Source: Blautia sp.
GTDB lineage: Bacteria > Bacillota > Clostridia > Lachnospirales > Lachnospiraceae
Assembly: GCA_034115005.1 (NCBI GenBank)
Contig: JAXEUE010000091.1
Location: forward strand, 1 to 53,915
Direction: 5' to 3'
Length of the DNA: 53,915 nucleotides
The notes under the pieces are model-generated. The model ran no database searches. It had not been told where the DNA came from and saw nothing but the letters and a program-made list of their open reading frames with translations. Shown in pieces: positions 47,309 to 53,915 of the stretch. How positions within the stretch are numbered: the stretch's first letter is position 1; the number at the start of each line of letters is the position of its first letter. Position numbers and translations under genes: made by a program.

Positions 47309-49870
47309 TTAAATCTCCGGTCCACAATATACTCTCTGCCTGATGATATCCGAGTACAATTCCAGTCCCTTTCCATCTGTCACATAAATTATATGGGCAT
47401 ACTGGCCGCAGTCTGGAAGAATATCCGTAAGAAGATTATTCTTTTTTGCCTTTTCCTCCTTAAAAAGAACTCCCGGCTGTTCTTTAAAAAGAGCAATATA
47501 GAACACTCCGGATTCTACCAGATCCTGAAAGAAATGGCTGCCATAGGATATCTCAGGCATCATTCCCTCATTCTGATAAGAAATCTCGCACATTGCTGCC
47601 ATATTACTGATCTCTGTAAAATGAACAGGAACACCAAGAGACGGTGTGGTTGTTCCCCATCGTCCGGGACCCATCAGAAGAACATTCTGATCTTTCAGCA
47701 GCTGATTCAGTCTGCCTATCACTCTGGCTGTCTGATACTTCTCCTGTTCCTGACATTTCATATATTCATGTATATCCACAAAAATTATCTTATCCAGAGC
47801 AATTCTTATATTTCCTCCCATAAAGTTTCCTTCTGAATAAAAAAGGCAGTCATCTTTGCTTTTTATTTCCGGTATTTCAACTGTTCTGCCCAGTCCTCTG
47901 GTCTGAAGGGGTCTGCACTGAACCAGATTAATAAAGAAGTGGTCTTCATCCTGAAAATTCACTGTAAATTCAATATCTACAGGATAATCATAGGTATCAG
48001 ATAAAAGCTTCAGTATTTTTCTCATAATTTCCGGAAATCTGGTCTGGGTCAGCATCTTTTTAAAGTTCACGGTAAACGGCACCGGAATGTCTGTATAGCC
48101 AAGTTCGCGCAGCCGGTCTGCCTCAGAATAATCCATAGTCATAAAAAGATTCTTATCTACTCCTATATTCTCTTTCATCAGGTCGCTGATCTCTATACTG
48201 CGCCACTGATTTCTTTTCAGATCCAGAACGTCTGCTTTATGCTGGGAATATTTTCTCTCATCCTGTGATGCCAGAAGAGGAAGTCTGGATGGATCATCCA
48301 GTGCTGCAATTTTCACATAATCTCCTGTCACACGATCTACAGCCCTTGTTCCCAGCCCAAATACAAGACGCAGCATTCCCGCATTCATATCCATATTTTT
48401 ATCCCAGACATACAAATTTGAAGAATTTCCTACTCCCGCTGCGTGAGGAAAAAAATAATCTCCATAGTAGTCTCCGGAAACACGCTGAACCAGAATGGCC
48501 ATCTGTTCATCTTTAAAAGCCAGCCCTCTCTCTTTCCTGTACTGCAGTGCATCCTGACTCATTGTGCTTGCATAAACCCGGCGCACAGCATCCTCAAAGG
48601 CCTGCAGACGCTCTCCGGGAGTTCCCTGATTCACGCAGAAAATACTCTCATATTTACCTGCAAAGGCATTTCCAAAATTGTCCTCCTGCAAAGAACTGGA
48701 ACGTACGATCACCGGGGACTGGCCAAAATATTCCAGCATATGTATAAATTCTTCTTCAATAATCTCTGGGAAACTGCCTGCGAGAAGTTTTTCCCGCAGG
48801 GGCTGTGCCATGGTAAAATATCCTTCCTTTGTTTTCTGCTGCAGCCTAAGTTCCCACCAGCCATTCTGTACAATATAGGTATAATAAACATCTGAACCTA
48901 TAAAAAAGGAATCATCAGGCTCCAGACATTCCTGTATTTCCGGCATTTCCTTCGCTGCATTTTTAATAATTCTGCGGGCAAGAAGCATTCCCACACTTTT
49001 TCCCCCGATATATCCGGTTCCTATTTCTCTGGAAGCAATCTTAAGAAGGTCTTTCAGCTGGAAGTTCTGAACCGATAACTGTCTGATCCTTTCCTCCCGT
49101 CCAATAAAAAGTCCAATGAGAAGCTGTTTCATTTCTTCCTGTTTTTCTTCAGGTTCCTTCAGAAGTTCTCTTGCTTTATCCATAGTTACATTCCAGTAAT
49201 CCAGATGCTTTTTATCCCATTCAAAATCAGAAAAAAGCTCTGCAGCCTTTGCACTGGAAGTAATACTTACAGATTTTTCTCCCTCAATCTTATGGGGAAA
49301 GAACATGGTAGGAGAATATCTTCCATCAGCCTTCAGAGGATGAATATACATTTCTCCCTGAATCATATAAAGATCAAAGAGACACTGGGTAGTTTCCCTG
49401 ATCCTGGCAATAGTATCAAATACATGCCGGTTCCTCTTAATTGCGAAATACGCAACTGTATCCATACGGTAAAGATAAGGACAGGTGACTTTAAAAAAAT
49501 TACCGATCATAAGGTCAGAATACCAGAATTTTAACAAGTCTGTCAGGCAGTCAAAGACATAAAAAACATATCTCCCCTCATGCTCTGCAATCTGATGTAC
49601 TGTAGTGGCAAACTGTTCAAAGCCTTTGGCTGCATTCAGCCGGTATACTTTTACATCCTCTGCCTTGTCCAGAACCGGAGGATGACTTCCAAACCTCAGA
49701 TACACGATCCTTCTTTTATCTTCCCTTGCCTTTTTTATATAGGGATCCACCACTTTCTGATAATCTTCCATGTTATCGATCTGCCATACAACATTATCTC
49801 CGATTCGAAGCATGTCAATGGTTTTATCAAATCCCGGCATACCTGTGCTTACTTTTCCATGATATTGCAT
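47309..49870 (-). CDS. PEP/pyruvate-binding (PPDK N-terminal, ATP-grasp) domain protein with RecA-like N-terminal region
   Basis: IGGKSVG, IVRSSS..ED....FAGKYES, VYAS, MAILVQ, GLGTRAV, VDIEF, LVQCRP; N-terminal STG...FD..I..LR.GDNVVW. Start at ATG 49870 (or TTG 49876). Confidence 0.8.
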   Translation of the reverse strand: MQYHGKVSTGMPGFDKTIDMLRIGDNVVWQIDNMEDYQKVVDPYIKKAREDKRRIVYLRFGSHPPVLDKAEDVKVYRLNAAKGFEQFATTVHQIAEHEGRYVFYVFDCLTDLLKFWYSDLMIGNFFKVTCPYLYRMDTVAYFAIKRNRHVFDTIARIRETTQCLFDLYMIQGEMYIHPLKADGRYSPTMFFPHKIEGEKSVSITSSAKAAELFSDFEWDKKHLDYWNVTMDKARELLKEPEEKQEEMKQLLIGLFIGREERIRQLSVQNFQLKDLLKIASREIGTGYIGGKSVGMLLARRIIKNAAKEMPEIQECLEPDDSFFIGSDVYYTYIVQNGWWELRLQQKTKEGYFTMAQPLREKLLAGSFPEIIEEEFIHMLEYFGQSPVIVRSSSLQEDNFGNAFAGKYESIFCVNQGTPGERLQAFEDAVRRVYASTMSQDALQYRKERGLAFKDEQMAILVQRVSGDYYGDYFFPHAAGVGNSSNLYVWDKNMDMNAGMLRLVFGLGTRAVDRVTGDYVKIAALDDPSRLPLLASQDERKYSQHKADVLDLKRNQWRSIEISDLMKENIGVDKNLFMTMDYSEADRLRELGYTDIPVPFTVNFKKMLTQTRFPEIMRKILKLLSDTYDYPVDIEFTVNFQDEDHFFINLVQCRPLQTRGLGRTVEIPEIKSKDDCLFYSEGNFMGGNIRIALDKIIFVDIHEYMKCQEQEKYQTARVIGRLNQLLKDQNVLLMGPGRWGTTTPSLGVPVHFTEISNMAAMCEISYQNEGMMPEISYGSHFFQDLVESGVFYIALFKEQPGVLFKEEKAKKNNLLTDILPDCGQYAHIIYVTDGKGLELYSDIIRQRVYCGPEI

Positions 49871-49906
49871 GCTCAACCCTCCTGTTATGAAAAAAATTTC
49901 TCAAAT

Positions 49907-50506
49907 TTACTGATACAGTGCCTCTTTTGCCAGCTTATCCGCCTGTTCATTATAGAAATCCCCGGTATGAGCTGCAACCTTGCAAAAGGAAATATGAATC
50001 GTTCTTCCTGATTTCTGCATATACTGTGCATATTTGGATGTAAGTTCATTCTTTGTTCTCCAGGCGCCTGTTACCCACTTTTCAATTCCCTGATAATCAT
50101 AACGGATTTCTATTCCCTTGTATCCATTTTCCTTTGCCCACTTTACGGCATTCATAGCTCCCAGCATCTCTCCGGCCACATTTCGGATCGCTGCACAGGC
50201 AGGATCATCTCCGTTTCCCGATTTTCTGGTTTCTTTTCCGTCAGGTGTAAGAAGAATACAGCCATAAGAATATTTATTAACAGACTTTTCAAAGCTTCCG
50301 TCTACATAGGCAATGACCATATTGTCAGGCACCTGGATCTTTTCCTGTTCCTTTAGTCCCAGATAATCCATTGCTTCTTCTTCATCTGTAAAAGATTTAA
50401 ACTCTGCTCCTGAATAGCCGTCAACAGCCTTTTTGCACTGATCCCATGTCTGAAAAAGACCTGTCTGAAATCCTTTTTTTACTGCATATATTTTTTTCTT
50501 TGCCAT
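49907..50506 (-). CDS. rnhA: Ribonuclease HI with N-terminal hybrid-binding (viroplasmin) domain
   Basis: YAVKKG..TG.F..W..C...V.GY.GA.FKSF; YVDGS, NVAGE, YDY.G, V.AH.G..YNE.AD.LA. Confidence 0.88.
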   Translation of the reverse strand: MAKKKIYAVKKGFQTGLFQTWDQCKKAVDGYSGAEFKSFTDEEEAMDYLGLKEQEKIQVPDNMVIAYVDGSFEKSVNKYSYGCILLTPDGKETRKSGNGDDPACAAIRNVAGEMLGAMNAVKWAKENGYKGIEIRYDYQGIEKWVTGAWRTKNELTSKYAQYMQKSGRTIHISFCKVAAHTGDFYNEQADKLAKEALYQ

Positions 50507-50597
50507 ATATTATTCCTTTTTTATTAAATTTGTTTTGATACACTTTCAGTCTACACTATATACGCTGGTGCTGTCTACATAATTCACAAATACCATA

Positions 50598-50626
50598 TTG
50601 ACAATTTCCTTTTCTTAAAGGTATAA
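50598..50626 (+). promoter_or_regulatory. Consensus sigma-A promoter of ilvB
   Basis: TTGACA (50598-50603), 17 bp, TATAAT (50621-50626). Confidence 0.85.
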
Positions 50627-50639
50627 TACTGAATAATCA

Positions 50640-50740
50640 GACAGGCAATGCAATGACAGGGAGGAGTATACAACCCCGAAATGCACAGAGAGGAAGTAAG
50701 CAGTTTTCGCCCTAGGCAATATGCCCGGGGCTTTTTTTTG
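50640..50740 (+). promoter_or_regulatory. ilvB leader: T-box-like remnant plus intrinsic terminator
   Basis: GCAATGACAGGGAGGAGTA...CAGAGAG resembles the 5' side of T-box Stem I. Terminator GCCCTAGGCA-ATA-TGCCCGGGGC-T8 at 50709-50739. No TGGNACC T-box sequence is visible. Confidence 0.55.
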
Positions 50741-50773
50741 TAATTTCCATTCACAAAAGGAGGTTTCAATATT

Positions 50774-52492
50774 ATGAAACAGATTTCAGGAAACAAATTA
50801 CTGGTCAAAGCCCTGAAAGAGGAGGGTGTAGAATACCTTTTCGGTTATCCGGGTGCTTGTACCATTGACATCAGCGATGAATTATACAAACAGGATGATA
50901 TTAAAGTAATCCTTCCCCGCCACGAACAGGCACTTGTACATGCTGCAGATGCCTATGCCAGAACCACAGGCAAGGTAGGAGTATGTCTTGTTACCAGTGG
51001 TCCCGGTGCAACCAATCTTGTCACCGGTCTTGCTACAGCCAATTATGACAGCGTTCCCCTTGTATGCTTTACTGGTCAGGTGGCCCGTCCTCTTATTGGA
51101 AATGATGCCTTTCAGGAAGTGGATATCGTAGGAATCACCCGAAGCATTACCAAATACGGAGTGACAGTAAGTAACCGTGCAGATCTGGGACGTATTATTA
51201 AAGAAGCTTTCTACATTGCCCGTACCGGCCGCCCTGGTCCTGTGCTCATCGACCTTCCCAAGGATGTTATGGCAGAGCTTGGAAGTGCAGAATATCCAAA
51301 AACCGTAAACATCCGCGGATATAAACCTAACACGGATGTACATATCGGCCAGCTCAAAAGAGCGATCAAGGTTCTGAATAAAGCGAAAAAGCCTCTTTTC
51401 CTTGCAGGAGGCGGCGTAGTCATTTCCCGTGCTCACGATATTTTCCGCAAGGTTGTAGAGAAAACAAAGGTGCCTGTGGTTACCACTGTTATGGGCAGAG
51501 GTGCCATTCCTACCGACCATCCTCTTTTCATCGGTAATCTTGGTATGCATGGTTCCTATGCGGCAAATATGGCTGTCAGCAACTGTGATGTACTTTTTTC
51601 CATAGGAACCAGATTTAATGACAGAATCACAGGCAAGCTCCATGAATTTGCTCCTCATGCACAGATCGTTCATATTGATATTGACACTGCCTCTATTTCC
51701 AGAAACATACATGTGGATATTCCCATCGTTGCAGATGCAAAGGAAGCAATCACCAAAATGGACGAATATGTTCAGGAATGTGCTACTGACAAATGGCTGT
51801 CCGAGATCAGGGCCTGGAAAGAAGAGCATCCTCTTACCATGCGTCCCAACAGTCTTCTGAGTCCGATGGACATTCTGAAAGTGATCAATGAGCAGTTTGA
51901 CAATACTATCATTGTAACCGATGTGGGACAGCATCAGATGCTTGTTTCCCAGTATGCAGAGATTACAGAAGGCAAACAGCTGATCATGTCCGGAGGACTG
52001 GGCACTATGGGTTATGGTCTTCCGGGAGGCATCGGGGCCAAAATTGGCAATCCGGATCGTCCTGTGATCGTTATCTCCGGTGACGGAGGCATTCAGATGA
52101 ATATCCAGGAGCTTGCCACAGCTGTACTGGAAGAGCTTCCTGTAATCGTCTGTATTTTTAACAATGAATATCTGGGTATGGTGCGTCAGTGGCAGAAACT
52201 TTTTTACGGAAAACGTTACAGTATGACAAACCTGCGCTCCGGTGCCCTTTCCCGTCGTACAAACGGAGAGGAATTCCCGGAATATACTCCTGATTTCATT
52301 AAACTGGCAGAAAGCTACAGGGCAAAAGGCATCCGGGTAACAACGAAAGAGGAAATTGCTCCTGCCTTTGAGGAAGCCAAAAAGAACACCAAAGCACCTA
52401 CAGTAATTGAATTTATCATAGATCCGGAAGAGATGGTCTACCCTATGATCAAACCGGGCGGCACTCTGGAAGATATGATTATGGATTGTTAG
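50774..52492 (+). CDS. ilvB: Acetolactate synthase large subunit
   Basis: FGYPG, RHEQ, TSGPGATN, FQEVD, GRPGPVLIDLPKD, DVGQHQM, SGGLGTMG, GDG...NN (TPP motif). Confidence 0.96.
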   Translation: MKQISGNKLLVKALKEEGVEYLFGYPGACTIDISDELYKQDDIKVILPRHEQALVHAADAYARTTGKVGVCLVTSGPGATNLVTGLATANYDSVPLVCFTGQVARPLIGNDAFQEVDIVGITRSITKYGVTVSNRADLGRIIKEAFYIARTGRPGPVLIDLPKDVMAELGSAEYPKTVNIRGYKPNTDVHIGQLKRAIKVLNKAKKPLFLAGGGVVISRAHDIFRKVVEKTKVPVVTTVMGRGAIPTDHPLFIGNLGMHGSYAANMAVSNCDVLFSIGTRFNDRITGKLHEFAPHAQIVHIDIDTASISRNIHVDIPIVADAKEAITKMDEYVQECATDKWLSEIRAWKEEHPLTMRPNSLLSPMDILKVINEQFDNTIIVTDVGQHQMLVSQYAEITEGKQLIMSGGLGTMGYGLPGGIGAKIGNPDRPVIVISGDGGIQMNIQELATAVLEELPVIVCIFNNEYLGMVRQWQKLFYGKRYSMTNLRSGALSRRTNGEEFPEYTPDFIKLAESYRAKGIRVTTKEEIAPAFEEAKKNTKAPTVIEFIIDPEEMVYPMIKPGGTLEDMIMDC

Positions 52493-52506
52493 GAGGATGG
52501 ATTATA

Positions 52507-53016
52507 ATGGAAAAAGGAATGAAAAAAAGGTGGATCTCTCTCTATGTGGAAAATCAGGTCGGTGTTCTGTCCAAAATATCCGGACTTTTTTCCGGAAAAT
52601 GTTATAATCTGGACAGCCTGACTGTGGGGACTACAGAAGATCCTACAGTATCCAGAATGACCATTGCTACTGTCAGCGATGATGAAACCTTTGAACAGAT
52701 CAAGAAACAGCTGAACCGTATGATAGAGGTAATTAAAGTCATAGATTTTACGGATATTTTTGTCCGAATGAAGGAAATCCTTTATATCAAGGTCTTTAAT
52801 TGTACCATTGAAGATAAAACAGAGCTGTTTCAGATCGCAGAAACTTTTAAGGCAAAGGTAATCGATTACGGCAAAGACAGCCTTCTTCTTGAGTTTGTCC
52901 AGACAGCTACAAAAAACGACGCTGTGATCAAACTTATAAAAGAGGAATTCCACCATATTGAAGTGGTACGTGGAGGAAGTGTGGGAATTGAATCCATCAG
53001 TATGATGGAACGTTAA
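52507..53016 (+). CDS. ilvN: Acetolactate synthase small (regulatory) subunit
   Basis: VEN..GVL..I.GLFS...YN.DSL.VG, SRMTI, EQI.KQL; start at 52507 (AGGAGG RBS). Confidence 0.92.
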   Translation: MEKGMKKRWISLYVENQVGVLSKISGLFSGKCYNLDSLTVGTTEDPTVSRMTIATVSDDETFEQIKKQLNRMIEVIKVIDFTDIFVRMKEILYIKVFNCTIEDKTELFQIAETFKAKVIDYGKDSLLLEFVQTATKNDAVIKLIKEEFHHIEVVRGGSVGIESISMMER

Positions 53017-53036
53017 ATATTGAAAGGATAATACAA

Positions 53037-53714
53037 ATGAATAACAATAATCAGGAAACCTGGCTTGCAACACCGGATCCCCGTCTGTTCGTCAGCAATA
53101 CAGCTAAATTCAATGAACTGATGATGAAATACCGATGTACGGTGCGTGAAGTTCAGACTAAGCTTGAGGTCCTTAATGATGAATTTTCAGTTGAGTATCA
53201 GCGTAATCCTATTTCTTTCATCAAAACACGGATCAAATCTCCTGAAAGTATATACAAAAAGCTACAGAAGCTGGGATATGATTTTACAGCAGAGAATATT
53301 CTTAATCATTTAAATGATGTAGCGGGAATACGCGTAGTATGTGCCTTCATCGATGATATTTATACGGTAGCAGACCTGCTTGCAGGACAGGATGATATTA
53401 AAGTGCTCCAGGTCAAAGATTATATTAAGAACCCCAAGCCAAACGGCTACCGAAGCTATCATATGATCGTTGAAATCCCCATCTTTTTCTCAGAAGGGAA
53501 AACGCCTATGAGGGCAGAAGTGCAGATTCGTACCAATGGAATGGATTTCTGGGCTACTCTGGAACATCAGCTTCGTTACAAAAAAGGTCTGGAAGAAATG
53601 GACGGTTATGAGAATATCAGTGAAGAGCTTACCAAATGTGCCATTGAGCTGATTGAGATGGACAATGAAATGCAAGGCATCAAAAACAAAATCGGTCGGT
53701 TTTATAATATTTAG
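53037..53714 (+). CDS. Small alarmone synthetase (RelA/SpoT synthetase domain; RelP/RelQ-like GTP pyrophosphokinase)
   Basis: RIKS, DVAGIRV, DYIKNPKPNGYRSYH, EVQIRT, DFWA.LEH.LRYK. Confidence 0.92.
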   Translation: MNNNNQETWLATPDPRLFVSNTAKFNELMMKYRCTVREVQTKLEVLNDEFSVEYQRNPISFIKTRIKSPESIYKKLQKLGYDFTAENILNHLNDVAGIRVVCAFIDDIYTVADLLAGQDDIKVLQVKDYIKNPKPNGYRSYHMIVEIPIFFSEGKTPMRAEVQIRTNGMDFWATLEHQLRYKKGLEEMDGYENISEELTKCAIELIEMDNEMQGIKNKIGRFYNI

Positions 53715-53757
53715 ATAATAAAAAAGAACCTGAAAAACAGGTTCTTTTTTATTATCT
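53713..53757. terminator. Bidirectional intrinsic terminator
   Basis: Perfect 20-bp inverted repeat AGATAATAAAAAAGAACCTG-5nt-CAGGTTCTTTTTTATTATCT. Confidence 0.85.
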
Positions 53758-53758
53758 G

Positions 53759-53915
53759 CTACCTTTCCTCACGGAAATAGGAAAGTCCAAGACTTTCAGG
53801 CGGCTGGTTTTCTTTCTTCTTCCGGAAGCTGACCACAACAAGAACAATAATGGTTACAACATATGGAACCATCTGGACAAGATCAGTCACATAGCTTGCC
53901 ACTTTGATGCCCATA
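53759..53915 (-). CDS. 3' end of an ABC transporter permease (nucleoside/sugar type), partial
   Basis: Manual translation ...DLVQMVPYVVTIIVLVVVSFRKKKENQPPESLGLSYFREER*; PY..T..VL and P..LG..Y.RE.R are typical of NupC/YufQ C-termini. Confidence 0.75.
   Translation of the reverse strand, partial: MGIKVASYVTDLVQMVPYVVTIIVLVVVSFRKKKENQPPESLGLSYFREER

Noticed and set aside
50648-50743. Leader-peptide attenuator for ilvB
   Set aside because: The short ORFs (MTGRSIQPRNAQRGSKQFSP; MHREEVSSFRPRQYARGFFL) have no runs of Ile, Leu or Val codons.
50882-51934. 350-aa minus-strand ORF (likewise 23756-24610, 42251-43099 and 52489-53073)
   Set aside because: Antisense shadows of ilvB, glnS, pyk and ilvN.

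Overview
This 53.9 kb window reads as core chromosome of a low-GC Firmicute. Gene content and style (sigH, a Spo0A C-terminal-domain gene, a RACo-type ASKHA ATPase, canonical sigma-A promoters) suggest Clostridia, probably Lachnospiraceae. That assignment is inference. Almost all genes lie on the minus strand. It holds partial purine (purE-purM-purN-purD) and pyrimidine (pyrC-pyrF-pyrK-pyrD-pyrE) operons, a cold-shock gene, degV, htpG with a perfect CIRCE operator, and a sortase-anchored Ig-domain surface protein with a 36-bp tandem repeat. It also holds glnS, tRNA-Thr(GGT), the ispF-cysS-mrnC-rlmB-sigH cluster (led here by a glycerol-1-phosphate dehydrogenase homologue), a nuclease-DinG helicase fusion, aspartokinase, pyk, a GT2 plus DUF2142 pair, bioY with a BirA operator, rnhA, and ilvB-ilvN followed by a small alarmone synthetase. 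I found no integrase, transposase, prophage, CRISPR array or rRNA. Best candidates for undescribed biology: (1) a tightly coupled run of ThiF/TcdA, rhodanese-TtcA fusion, eroded LarC and ferredoxin-less RACo genes; (2) an apparently internally deleted T-box leader that keeps its terminator upstream of ilvB-ilvN-(p)ppGpp synthetase; (3) an 853-aa protein with a RecA-like N-terminus and a PEP-synthase nucleotide-binding domain but no recognisable phospho-His carrier; (4) G1P dehydrogenase in the position usually held by ispD. All product calls come from motif recognition by eye. No database searches were run.
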